A DNA stretch of 64,000 bases, taken from an uncultured bacterium (GTDB lineage Bacteria; Zixibacteria; MSB-5A5; CAIYYT01). Under the pieces are notes generated by a model. It was not told where the DNA came from and did no database searches. It saw nothing but the letters and a program-made list of their open reading frames with translations. Numbering within the stretch: the first letter of the stretch is position 1; each line of letters opens with the position of its first letter. Below are positions 43,296 to 52,993 of this stretch, piece by piece. Position numbers and translations under genes: made by a program. The stretch spans positions 448,001-512,000 of the forward strand of contig CAVSCK010000005.1 in NCBI GenBank assembly GCA_963726455.1, in the 5' to 3' direction.

Positions 43296-43324
43296 AATTT
43301 AGAGATGTGCAATACATCTGTCAA
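43296..43324 (-). promoter_or_regulatory. ptb promoter with palindromic operator candidate
   Basis: Minus strand TTGACA-17-TAAATT; the spacer holds AGATGT-N5-ACATCT. Confidence 0.55.
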
Positions 43325-43510
43325 CTCAAATGCGTACAAGAATCTTATCCAATTTGGCGCCTAATACAGACGTTTGCAGCTTCTTTCTCCTTGACTTTGA
43401 AGCCATCTTTGGGTATCGTGTGGCGTACTAATTCAAGTCTAGTAGAAATGTTCCGCTGATTCACTCAGAGTCCCGGTTATTCATTAGTCCTCTAACAGGA
43501 AAGGAGACAA

Positions 43511-44338
43511 ATGATGTCCGTCAAATTTCGACCAGTGTCTCTGGCAACACTGCTCGTGCTGATTGCAAGCGCCTTCTTCATCAGCACCTACTCACAAACC
43601 ACACCGGACGCACTGGAATTATTGTGCCGGGTCGATTCCGTGGCGACCAAAGTGCCGAATGACAGTATCGTCATTCCGATATACCTGAACAACGTCCTCG
43701 ACTCGGTATCCGGATTTCAATTATTCATCGCTTCCGCCGATCAATACCTGGTTCGCTTTGCCCCCGATTCCTCCCATGGCGCCGTTATCTGGGCCAAGTT
43801 TGATACTGTCGGCACGAGAAGCAGCGGCTGGTCGATAGCTTCACGAATATTGGATGATCTGGGGACCTTTGTCTTGATAAGTGGGATAGCGCCGCCCGGG
43901 CCCAACAGCCCCAATGGAATTCCCCCGGCCGACGGAGTGCTTATCAAGCTGATCGCCCAAACCAGCGGCAAGCCGCTCGGATACTCTGTAGTGCCGATAA
44001 TGCTGAATCACACTCAGACTCAGTTCGCAAATATGAGATTCCGAACCATTGGCTGCAATTACGACAGTCTGGGACATTGCACAATCGACACGACTAAACT
44101 GGTGTTACAGGACGGTAAAGTCTTCACCTATTTGTGCGGCGATGCTAATGCGGATAGCTCGGTAGACATCTCTGATCCCGTATACATGCTGCAATGTATC
44201 TTCATGGGCTGTGAATGGCCGGAGACTAATCGCACTATGGACGCCAACTGCGATCAGCAAGTGGATATTTCCGACATCGTGTATCTGATTCAGTACATCT
44301 TCTCCGGCGGGCCGGCGCCCTGCGCGAGTTGCCCATAG
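43511..44338 (+). CDS. Secreted cohesin-like plus dockerin protein
   Basis: SD AAAGGAG; signal peptide; IVIPIYLNN..VSGFQL...IPPADGVLIKL; CGDANADSSVDISD / DANCDQQVDISDIVYLIQYIFSGGPAPC. Confidence 0.8.
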   Translation: MMSVKFRPVSLATLLVLIASAFFISTYSQTTPDALELLCRVDSVATKVPNDSIVIPIYLNNVLDSVSGFQLFIASADQYLVRFAPDSSHGAVIWAKFDTVGTRSSGWSIASRILDDLGTFVLISGIAPPGPNSPNGIPPADGVLIKLIAQTSGKPLGYSVVPIMLNHTQTQFANMRFRTIGCNYDSLGHCTIDTTKLVLQDGKVFTYLCGDANADSSVDISDPVYMLQCIFMGCEWPETNRTMDANCDQQVDISDIVYLIQYIFSGGPAPCASCP

Positions 44339-44485
44339 CGGCTGAACCTGATTCTTAGTATTGAGGGTGCGAACTCCAACGGGGTTCGCACCCGTTCCTA
44401 TTGCTACTAGCGACTCCCTTGACATCTTCCGGCTCATCGTCTATCCTTGTCACCAATACATGTCTATGCACAAGTAGGAGGACAA

Positions 44486-45340
44486 ATGACTATCAAAAAA
44501 CTCGGGATTGTCGGCTTCGGACAGATGGGTTCAGGCATCGCGCAGGTTGCCGCCGCTGCCGGTTACCCCGTCGTCGCCAATGATGCCAAAGAGGAATACC
44601 TGAAGAAGGGACTCAGCCGCATCGAAGGTCTGCTCAATAAGGCCATCGAGAAAGGCAAGGCCACGGAAGACGACAAGAAGAAAGTTCTCGGCAATATTAC
44701 CACCAGCACCGACTTCGGCGCTTTTGCGGATTGCGACCTCGTTATCGAGGCCATCGTCGAACATCTCGATCCCAAAGTGCAAGTGTTCGAAACGCTCGAC
44801 CGCGTCTGCAAACCGTCCTGCATTCTCGCGTCGAATACTTCGTCATTGTCCATCACCGATATGGCCGTCGCCACGCGTCGTCGCAACCAGGTAGTCGGAC
44901 TGCACTTCTTCAATCCGGTTCCGGTGATGAAACTCGTCGAAGTTGTCCGCACCATCATGACTGATGACGAAACCTTCAACACCGCCGTCACCTTCGCCGA
45001 ATCAGTCGGCAAAACCATCGTGCGCGCCAAAGATACTTGCGGCTTTGTCGTTAACTTGCTGCTCGTCCCATATCTGATCGATGCCATCCGCTGGTACGAA
45101 CGCGGCCTGGCCAGCAAGGAAGACATCGACAACGGCATGAAACTCGGCTGCGCCCATCCGATGGGACCGTTGGAACTGACCGATTTTATCGGCCTGGACA
45201 CGATCCTTTACATCGGCAACATCATGTTCGAGGAATTCCACGAAACACATTATGCGCCGCCGCCGTTGCTCAAGCGCATGGTAAAAGCTGGATATCTCGG
45301 ACGCAAGAGCGGCCGCGGCTTCTACGAATACAGCAAGTGA
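44486..45340 (+). CDS. hbd: 3-hydroxybutyryl-CoA dehydrogenase
   Basis: G.GQMGSGIAQ, IEAIVE, ASNTSS, HFFNP, HPMGP, GRKSGRGFY. Confidence 0.95.
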   Translation: MTIKKLGIVGFGQMGSGIAQVAAAAGYPVVANDAKEEYLKKGLSRIEGLLNKAIEKGKATEDDKKKVLGNITTSTDFGAFADCDLVIEAIVEHLDPKVQVFETLDRVCKPSCILASNTSSLSITDMAVATRRRNQVVGLHFFNPVPVMKLVEVVRTIMTDDETFNTAVTFAESVGKTIVRAKDTCGFVVNLLLVPYLIDAIRWYERGLASKEDIDNGMKLGCAHPMGPLELTDFIGLDTILYIGNIMFEEFHETHYAPPPLLKRMVKAGYLGRKSGRGFYEYSK

Positions 45341-45348
45341 GGTCTGTT

Positions 45349-46131
45349 ATGGAATATCAAAATATCATCGTCGAAACCACCGGCGCGAAAGCCAAAATCA
45401 CGATCAATCGCCCGAAAGCCCTCAACGCTCTCAACCGCGAAACACTGCGTGAAATCAAGGCCGCCTTCACCGAATTGGAGCAGGCGCACACCGTCCGCGT
45501 TTGCATCTTCACCGGCGCAGGCGAGAAGGCCTTTATTGCCGGCGCCGATATACCAGAGTTGAAAGAACTCGATGTCATCTCCGGCAAGGAATTCGTTGAA
45601 CTCGGGCACCAGACGTTCGCCCAAATCGAAAACTCCAAGATCGTCTCGATTGCCGCCATCAACGGCTTTGCCTTGGGAGGTGGTTGCGAGTTTGCGATGG
45701 CGACTGACATTCGTGTCGCCGCCGAAAACGCCAAACTGGGACAGCCGGAAGTCAACCTCGGCATCATCCCCGGCTTTGGCGGCACGCAACGTCTGACCCG
45801 TTTGGTCGGCAGAGGCCGCGCCAAGGAATTGATTATGACCGCGCGCATCATCACGGCCGAGGAAGCGCTCCGCATCGGTTTGGTCGAGGCCGTTGTGCCT
45901 GCCGACAAATTGGCTGAGGAGGTCAACAAGCTGGCCGATGTGATTATCTCCAAAGGTCCGCTGGCTGTGCAGTATGCTAAAGAGGTCATCGACCGTGGCA
46001 ATAACGTCGATCTCGCATCAGCCAACGCCTACGAAATGACGGCCTTTGCGGCGCTTTGCGAAACTGAAGACAAGAACGAAGGTCTCACTGCCTTCCTTGA
46101 GAAACGCGCCCCGGCCTTCAAGTCGAAGTAG
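45349..46131 (+). CDS. crt: Enoyl-CoA hydratase (crotonase)
   Basis: NRPKALNAL, AFIAGADI, ALGGGCE, GQPEV.LG.IPG.GGTQRL. Confidence 0.92.
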   Translation: MEYQNIIVETTGAKAKITINRPKALNALNRETLREIKAAFTELEQAHTVRVCIFTGAGEKAFIAGADIPELKELDVISGKEFVELGHQTFAQIENSKIVSIAAINGFALGGGCEFAMATDIRVAAENAKLGQPEVNLGIIPGFGGTQRLTRLVGRGRAKELIMTARIITAEEALRIGLVEAVVPADKLAEEVNKLADVIISKGPLAVQYAKEVIDRGNNVDLASANAYEMTAFAALCETEDKNEGLTAFLEKRAPAFKSK

Positions 46132-46154
46132 AACTATAGAATGAATCCAAGGTA

Positions 46155-46445
46155 GTAGGTCGGGTTCCCAGCGCAGCGCGGAACCCGACACTTTCCGGTT
46201 GTGTCAGGTCCTGCGCACGACGAAGTCGGGCGTGTGACCTGACACGAAGCCGCCCTACGGAACCGCGTGGCGTCATTCCCACGAAAGTGGGAATCCAGGC
46301 TGATTCGCCCGTAGTCGCGCACGGCAGTGCGCAATTAATATGGGCGAATAACATCAGGAAAGCGTCAAAACCGAAGCGGTTTTGACCTACAAAACTACGA
46401 TTTATTGATGGAAGTTTCTCGTTCCGTCAGGTCCCCCGGCCTGAC
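46155..46445. repeat. Dense mosaic cluster of at least six different REP-like palindromes
   Basis: GTAGGTCGGGTTCC..GGAACCCGAC; GTGTCAGGTC..GACCTGACAC; GTCATTCCCACGAAAGTGGGAATCCAG; GTAGTCGCGCAC..GTGCGC; GTCAAAACCG..CGGTTTTGACCTAC; GTCAGG..CCTGAC. Confidence 0.75.
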
Positions 46446-46453
46446 CCAGCAGG

Positions 46454-47395
46454 CTATGGCCTCACAACACCAATCTGGAAATGATGCTTGCCTACGAAGA
46501 CATTCAAATGCCCGCTGCCGCGGTTTGAGTTCGTCCAAAACGTGATAGTGTGGCCAAACCGCACCTCCACCACACCCAAATCAGAATTCGTGAGACTTAC
46601 TGAATCAATCGGCGGTATGCCGGCTATCACTATCTCTTGAAGAACGTTGCCTTCGGCCATCATGCCGCCAATCGTAACGATGCCGGCCTTCTGTGTATCC
46701 TTTTCCGTAATCAGAAATCTCAGTTTAGGTGGTCTAGCAGAATCAGCCGGATGTGACTCCACAGGAAAAGCATCTTTGTCAACGACCAACCGCTTCTGCC
46801 CCTGAATCTCGGGCGGTAGCTCATCCGACTTCTTAATCATCACACCGTTTCCCATATGGTGCCAACCGGTGTCCAGAACGACCGGCTTGGTGCGAGGGAT
46901 CGAATCTACCTTATCGACGATTCTCGACATAAACGCAAAGTGATTCCCGCGCTTACCTTGCGGATCCATATCACTTTTGGCAGTGCAAGACATGATAATA
47001 CCACCGATTTGGTAAGTTCCCTCAAGTGCAGCCATTTCAGAAACGAAATAGGTCTCGTTTCTACCCACTACGATTGGTGTTAACGGCGAAGTGTACTTCT
47101 TCTGTGAATTGTCAGGCCGCGTAATCACAATTTGCGCTTGCCACACCGAGTCCCACCCGCCACAGTCGGGCATCTTGGTAAATCTGAGTGTAATTTGCGC
47201 CTCCAGTTGATCGCCAGCCTTCATCGGCTTCTTTATGATGGTGAGTTCCCACGTTGCCGGCGGCTCTGGCGGGCGATAACTGAAATCGGACAACACGGAT
47301 GAGCGAGATTCTTCGGCAATGCAACAGCCCGTCGATAACACCAACCACAAAGTTGCCAGCCCCACTTTCATCAATATTGATCGTCTCTCGAACAT
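46454..47395 (-). CDS. Hypothetical exported protein
   Basis: 313-aa ORF with a signal-like N-terminus and no recognisable motif. Confidence 0.6.
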   Translation of the reverse strand: MFERRSILMKVGLATLWLVLSTGCCIAEESRSSVLSDFSYRPPEPPATWELTIIKKPMKAGDQLEAQITLRFTKMPDCGGWDSVWQAQIVITRPDNSQKKYTSPLTPIVVGRNETYFVSEMAALEGTYQIGGIIMSCTAKSDMDPQGKRGNHFAFMSRIVDKVDSIPRTKPVVLDTGWHHMGNGVMIKKSDELPPEIQGQKRLVVDKDAFPVESHPADSARPPKLRFLITEKDTQKAGIVTIGGMMAEGNVLQEIVIAGIPPIDSVSLTNSDLGVVEVRFGHTITFWTNSNRGSGHLNVFVGKHHFQIGVVRP

Positions 47396-47501
47396 AAAAG
47401 CATCCCGCGTGAAGTGCCCTCTATTTCTCTCGACTGCGAATCCAAAGACAATATTATCTGTGTCCGTCGATGTGGCAAGAACGGTCTCGCGAATTCACGA
47501 C

Positions 47502-47822
47502 ATCGTTTCTTTAGACTTACAACCGTGTCGCTGGATTATTCCCCCCCAAACACTAGCGCCGTCAGGATTCCTTCATTCTCGTTCCGTCAGGTCCTGCGCC
47601 GCGCCGGTTCCTGTTCCCTCTGTCAGCGCGTGTTTTCGCGGCGTGTGACCTGACGGCCTCACCTGTCTCACTCGTGTCAGGTCACACGGCTCTCCCACAT
47701 CACAACCCACCACCCGCCGCAGGACCTGACACAACACAAAATCATTTCTCTAGACCTACCACCGCGTCGCTGGATTATTCCCACCAAAACAATCGCGCCG
47801 TCAGGAATCCTTCCTGACGGCG
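47502..47822. repeat. 73-bp imperfect direct repeats enclosing two inverted GTCAGGTC..GACCTGAC elements
   Basis: 47502-47574 matches 47741-47813; elements at 47586-47654 (+) and 47674-47732 (-). Confidence 0.75.
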
Positions 47823-47850
47823 CCTTATACTAAAATGTCTGACCGGTTAA

Positions 47851-48819
47851 TTACTCGTAATCTGACTCGAGATAATCCAGCGTCGCTGCTTGTCTGTGCA
47901 GCCGTTCGGATAAACGCTTCGACAATTCCACCGCGGCGTTCTCGCCATAAACCTTCAGCATGTGATTCATCGCGATGACTTCCGAAATAACCGTGATGTT
48001 TTTCCCCGGCGAAATCGGAATCACGACCACCGGAATCTCGACACCCAAAATCGTCGTGTAACGGTCCTCCAGCCCCAGTCGTTCGTACTCGGCGCCACCC
48101 TCCCAGTAGGTCAGCCGAACTTCGACCTCGACCCGCTTCTGCAGTCGGATGGCGCGGATGCCGAACAACTTCTCGATGTCGATAATCCCGATGCCGCGGA
48201 CTTCCATATGATGTCCGAGCAATTCGTTCGATGCCCCGATGATCGTTGTCTGCGTCTTTCTGGTCAGCTTGACCATATCGTCCGCCACCAGGCGATGTCC
48301 GCGCTCGACCAAATCCAGCGCGCATTCCGACTTGCCGATACCCGATTTGCCGGTATACAGCAAACCCACACCGTACACGTCAACCAACGTACCGTGCTTG
48401 GTGATCGAAGGCGCAAAGAAGTTGTCGAGAAACAGCGAGAGGCGGTTGATCAGTTCCGTCGTCGAAAATCGCGTTGACAACAGCGGCAGTTTGTTCTTGT
48501 TGCAAATGTCCAGAAGCTCGCGTGACGGCACGATACCCTTGGTGGCTATCAGCATCGGAATATCGAACTTCATCACCTTGGTGAGCGCATCGATTCGTTC
48601 TTGCGGCGACAACGATTGAAGATAGGTCAGTTCCGTCTCGCCGAGCACCTGAACGCGCTTGTAGGCAAATCGATCGGTGTATCCGGTGAGCGCCAGCCCC
48701 GGGCGAAATATCTCATTCGTCTGAATCTGGCGCGGCAGTCCCTCGGTGCCTGCCAGTAATGTCAGATCCAGAAGTTCGCGGCGTTCTTTGTACAGCTTGT
48801 CAACGGTCAACGACGGCAT
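47851..48819 (-). CDS. hprK: HPr kinase/phosphorylase
   Basis: RPGLALTG, HGTLVDVYG, GKSGIGKSECAL, LVADD, MEVRGIGII. Confidence 0.96.
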   Translation of the reverse strand: MPSLTVDKLYKERRELLDLTLLAGTEGLPRQIQTNEIFRPGLALTGYTDRFAYKRVQVLGETELTYLQSLSPQERIDALTKVMKFDIPMLIATKGIVPSRELLDICNKNKLPLLSTRFSTTELINRLSLFLDNFFAPSITKHGTLVDVYGVGLLYTGKSGIGKSECALDLVERGHRLVADDMVKLTRKTQTTIIGASNELLGHHMEVRGIGIIDIEKLFGIRAIRLQKRVEVEVRLTYWEGGAEYERLGLEDRYTTILGVEIPVVVIPISPGKNITVISEVIAMNHMLKVYGENAAVELSKRLSERLHRQAATLDYLESDYE

Positions 48820-48833
48820 AGTCTACAGTGCTC

Positions 48834-49190
48834 TTAAAGTTCGACCTCATCGACGCTGGTGGTAAGATCGACTTTTTCCTTCTTGTCGGAAACGATTTTC
48901 TGTTTGCGGTCTTTGATCTTTCCTTTGTGGCGCTTCAGTTGCGTCGCCATCTTGTCCGTCACTTCCTCGATGGTGGCGAACATATCTTCGGTTGAGGCCT
49001 TGGCTACCAGATTGGAGCGGGATACATTCATGGTCAGCTCGCCGTCAAACCGATGTTTGTCCTGTGACAGCACCAGACTCGCCGAGATGATATTGTCAAA
49101 AAACTTCTCGAGTTTCTCAATCTCCGAAGTGGCGCGACCTTTGATGTCGTCATTCAGCTCGATTCGGCGGCCGGTTACTTTGATTTTCAT
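48834..49190 (-). CDS. hpf: Ribosome hibernation factor HPF/RaiA
   Basis: MKIKVTGRRIEL...KLEKFF...DMFATI...QLKRHKGK; SD GAAAGGAG; downstream of rpoN. Confidence 0.9.
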   Translation of the reverse strand: MKIKVTGRRIELNDDIKGRATSEIEKLEKFFDNIISASLVLSQDKHRFDGELTMNVSRSNLVAKASTEDMFATIEEVTDKMATQLKRHKGKIKDRKQKIVSDKKEKVDLTTSVDEVEL

Positions 49191-49378
49191 AAAACGACTC
49201 CTTTCCAGTCGGTTTATTTTCGCCCACAGAAGCAAAACCCGCGGTTTTCGCCCCCGTTGGGTTTGGGATTGAGGAAAGTATTAGATGCTGGTTGTCCGAA
49301 ACAATTGCTCATTTGCACTTCATGAGGAACATACGTACCTCACATCCCATTGCAAAAGAGGAAAAGGCCTTCCAGGCC

Positions 49379-50776
49379 CTATGTCGTTGCCCGACGCCGG
49401 AAGCGCGCGGGCTGTATCCTTAATTCCTCGCGGTACTTCGTCACCGTCCGGCGCGCGATACTGATCTCCTTCTGCTTCAGCATCTTGAAGATCTCCTGAT
49501 CCGACAACGGCTTAGCCGGGTCCTCGGAATTGATAATCTGCTCGATTTCCTGCTTGACCGTCCGCTTGGCCAATTGTTCGCCGTTTTCGGTGTTTACGCC
49601 GGAATTGAAGAAGTACTTTATTTCGAAGACGCCGTGCGGCGTCTGAACATACTTGTCGCTCGATACGCGCGAGATCGTTGCCACGTTCATCCCGACTATA
49701 TCCGCGATCTTTTCCATCGTCAGCGGCTTGAGAAATTCGACACCCTTCTCGAACCACTCGATCTGCTCGCGCACGATCGCCTGCATCACCCGGATCATCG
49801 TATTGCGCCGTTGATTGATCGCGTTCAGCAGCCAGCGCGCCTGCTCCAGCTTCTCCCTGACATATTGTTTGGTCTCTTTGGGAGTAGTGTTTCCCCGCTT
49901 GAGCAATTCCTTGTAGCCCGCGTTCACCCGCAGTTGCGGAATACTGCGATCATTGTGCGAGATCACATACTCTTCGCCGATCTTTTCAACAATCAAGTCG
50001 GGAATGACCGCGGCGGCGGCACGGGAGAATTTTCCAAAGGCCGGATGCGGCGACAACGACTTGATTACTTCCATCGCTTCCTGCACGCGCTCCAGCGAAA
50101 CGCCCAATGATTTCGCCAGTTGGAAATAGCTCTTCTTGTCGAGTGTTTCCAGATGTTCCTCGACAATACGATACGTCAGATTGTTCTCGATTGCCCGCTC
50201 ACGCAATTGCAGCTGCAATGATTCTTTCAGATCGCGCGCGCCGACTCCCGGCGGATCGAATCGCTGAATCTTTACCAGAATCCTCTCCACCCGGTCGGGA
50301 TCGACCTTGAGTGTCTCTGCCAGCTCTTCAATGGAACATGACAGAAAACCGGATTCGTCAATGTTGCCGATTATGAACTCGCCGATTTCAATATCCTCGG
50401 CGGAGAGCTTGAGATAACTCAGTTGTTCCAGCAGATGTTCGTATAGCGACTTCTCGCAGGCGACACCAAACTCCGGAAGATCACGCTGCTCACTTTTGTA
50501 TTCCCTCGCATCGTACTCGCCGTCATCGCGCAGATAATCTTCCCAGTCAACCGTATCTTCTTCATTGCCGTTTTGATTCTCGGCAACCAGTTCCGACTCC
50601 TGCGGGGATTCCTGCTCCAACTCCTGCGTTTCCACTTCTTCCAATAGTGGATTTACTGCGAGCTCATGCCGAAGTACCTGCTCCAGTTTCAAAACCGGCA
50701 TCTGCAGCATTTTCAAAGATTGAATGAGCTGCGGCGCCAGCTTCTGAGTCATTTTCAATGTGAGGTCGAGGCGCAT
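49379..50776 (-). CDS. rpoN: RNA polymerase sigma-54 factor
   Basis: NPLLE, DPPGVGARDL, TISRV, ARRTVTKYR RpoN box. Confidence 0.97.
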   Translation of the reverse strand: MRLDLTLKMTQKLAPQLIQSLKMLQMPVLKLEQVLRHELAVNPLLEEVETQELEQESPQESELVAENQNGNEEDTVDWEDYLRDDGEYDAREYKSEQRDLPEFGVACEKSLYEHLLEQLSYLKLSAEDIEIGEFIIGNIDESGFLSCSIEELAETLKVDPDRVERILVKIQRFDPPGVGARDLKESLQLQLRERAIENNLTYRIVEEHLETLDKKSYFQLAKSLGVSLERVQEAMEVIKSLSPHPAFGKFSRAAAAVIPDLIVEKIGEEYVISHNDRSIPQLRVNAGYKELLKRGNTTPKETKQYVREKLEQARWLLNAINQRRNTMIRVMQAIVREQIEWFEKGVEFLKPLTMEKIADIVGMNVATISRVSSDKYVQTPHGVFEIKYFFNSGVNTENGEQLAKRTVKQEIEQIINSEDPAKPLSDQEIFKMLKQKEISIARRTVTKYREELRIQPARFRRRATT

Positions 50777-50846
50777 AGTATCTACTTGTCCAGTAATAAC
50801 TTACCTAATGCATTGTCTCTATTGGTATTATCGGCTGCTTTTCCCA

Positions 50847-51575
50847 TCAATTTAGCCGGAACTTCTCGCCCAGATAAATCTTCCGCGCCTCCGGATCGGA
50901 GGCCAGGAATTCGGCGCTTCCGGCTTTTAGGATTTTCCCGTCACACATGATATACGCACGGTCTATCGTTTGTAATGTTTCGCGCACATTATGGTCGGTG
51001 ATCAATATCCCTAACCCTCTTTCTTTGAGCGAGTTAATGATACGCTGGATATCCTCCACCGCGATCGGGTCGATTCCCGAAAAAGGTTCGTCCAGGAGCA
51101 TAAAACTTGGGTCAAGAACCAGCGCCCGCGCAATCTCGACGCGGCGGCGTTCGCCACCAGACAATTGATAACCACGCGACTTCGCCAGCGATATCACATT
51201 TAGTTCTTCCAATATCTTCGTAACCCGTTCGGTTCGAGCTTTCCGAGACATTTTCAACGTCTCCGCCACCGCCATCACATTCTGCCAGACAGTCAATTTG
51301 CGGAATACCGATGGTTCCTGTGCCAGATAACCGATACCGAGTCGAGCGCGCTTATACATCGGCAATCCGCCGATATCTCTGTCATCCAAAAGCACTCTGC
51401 CTGACTGCGGTCGAATAAAACCAATCACCATATAGAACGTTGTGGTCTTGCCGGCGCCATTTGGACCCAGCAAGCCAACTACTTCGCCTTGATTGACTTC
51501 AATTGAGACCTCATCTACCACTTTGCGCTTGCGGTAGAACTTGACCAGATTTTCAGAGTAGAGTCTCTTCATCAC
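50847..51575 (-). CDS. lptB: LPS export ABC transporter ATP-binding protein
   Basis: [45 protein letters not shown]. Confidence 0.96.
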   Translation of the reverse strand: MMKRLYSENLVKFYRKRKVVDEVSIEVNQGEVVGLLGPNGAGKTTTFYMVIGFIRPQSGRVLLDDRDIGGLPMYKRARLGIGYLAQEPSVFRKLTVWQNVMAVAETLKMSRKARTERVTKILEELNVISLAKSRGYQLSGGERRRVEIARALVLDPSFMLLDEPFSGIDPIAVEDIQRIINSLKERGLGILITDHNVRETLQTIDRAYIMCDGKILKAGSAEFLASDPEARKIYLGEKFRLN

Positions 51576-51648
51576 CTAATATATACCGTTCCTCAGGTTT
51601 TGTCTGCAACATATTACCGTCGGCGGCGCTTTCGGGTAAAGTTTTTGC

Positions 51649-52266
51649 TTACCGCGGATTTGCCGCCTTTGACAGCGCCTGCTTAATCCACGGGAGCTTC
51701 GCCTGCCAGAAGCGACTGACATCCGCCTCAGTAACGACCCTACCCTCTAATGACAACAACACAAACGAGTCGCCCTTCGGCATCAGCCACCCGGTCTCCA
51801 CGACACCGAACAGCGAAAACGGCCCGAACGACACTGCAATCGGTTCGGCCCCGGTGAAACCCTTCTCCTGCAGATATTCCCTGGCGCCGGCGGAACTCAG
51901 TAGCTGGAGCTTGACTGACTTGAGCACCGGCTCATTGGCCACTCTGGTCACCCAGGAACGCATCGGGTCGTCTTTGTATACCGCCACCAGCCGACCATCT
52001 CGCATCACAGGAACGATGATCGAATTGCGAGTTTCCTCGCCATAGCCGAGTACTCTCAGCGGGGTTCCGAGCGAGTCAGATTTGGAGCCGCTTCTTTCCA
52101 ATTCTGTCCGCACCATCTTCAGGAATTGCTCTGTTGACACCTGCCCAATTGCCGAGCACCAAGCAGCCAGCACAAGAAGGAGCGAGACGGCAGAAACGGG
52201 AGCAAGTCTGAGGCGTAAGTAGCCGCTTTGTCTCCCGCATATCAGATCATTGTGATGGCGTTTCAT
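51649..52266 (-). CDS. Hypothetical exported protein in the lptA position
   Basis: ORF overlapping the lptC stop; signal-like segment; no LptA beta-jellyroll pattern recognised. Confidence 0.6.
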   Translation of the reverse strand: MKRHHNDLICGRQSGYLRLRLAPVSAVSLLLVLAAWCSAIGQVSTEQFLKMVRTELERSGSKSDSLGTPLRVLGYGEETRNSIIVPVMRDGRLVAVYKDDPMRSWVTRVANEPVLKSVKLQLLSSAGAREYLQEKGFTGAEPIAVSFGPFSLFGVVETGWLMPKGDSFVLLSLEGRVVTEADVSRFWQAKLPWIKQALSKAANPR

Positions 52267-52798
52267 CGAAACTTCCCTTTAAGTTACGTTTTATCAACAC
52301 TTTATTGAGGCGTTGATCCGTTTCCAATCCGTCACCCGACACCCAGCCATTTTCCCGATAAACCTCTACATGTCCTTCGGTTACGACCTTATCATTCCTG
52401 GCATCCCAACGCAGTGAGTCCGCAACCAGACGGCGTCTATCGGTTATGGTATGTGCTTTGACGTGTCCAGACACCGACATCATGTTCGTGCGCTGGCTGA
52501 CCCGCCCCGAATCGGCAGTCAAAGTCGAAGTTTGTACGCCGGCAGAATCGAAAAAGTCGACGGTTACATCGTACAGGAGGGTGGTATCGGCGCGGTTGTA
52601 GGCCTTGAGCAGACTCGACTTGACTACCGCCGACCGTTTGCTGCCGTTCATCAGAAATATCTCCGAGTTGGTCATCACCTGATCCGGCTCGGCAAGTGAA
52701 CTCTTGTCAGCCGGCCGGTCACCATCGGAAGAAGTATTGCAGGCAACGCTGATCAAGATAATCAGAAGTAGCGCAGAGAAGTAAATTCGGCCGTGCAT
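52247..52798 (-). CDS. lptC: LPS export periplasmic protein LptC
   Basis: Lipobox-like SVAC; VDFFD..G..TSTLTADSG, LVADSLRWD, G.GLETD. Confidence 0.8.
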   Translation of the reverse strand: MHGRIYFSALLLIILISVACNTSSDGDRPADKSSLAEPDQVMTNSEIFLMNGSKRSAVVKSSLLKAYNRADTTLLYDVTVDFFDSAGVQTSTLTADSGRVSQRTNMMSVSGHVKAHTITDRRRLVADSLRWDARNDKVVTEGHVEVYRENGWVSGDGLETDQRLNKVLIKRNLKGSFDETPSQ

Positions 52799-52993
52799 CT
52801 AAAGATTCTACACCTTTCCCGTTACACAGGCGCATCTATATAAACGCAGACTGCGACGGAAAGATACGCCCCTGTGGGTGAGATGCAATATAGAAACACT
52901 TAGTGCAGGTAGACTTCTGGCGGGTAGGTTTCAGGAATTCCCGGCCGCGCAGCCGCACCTAGGCCGTCATTGCTTCGATCAGGCGAGCACTCG

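Noticed and set aside
46155-47822. CRISPR array or integron attC array
   Set aside because: No identical, regularly spaced repeats, no cas or intI gene, and no RYYYAAC/GTTRRRY ends; better described as REP-like mosaics.
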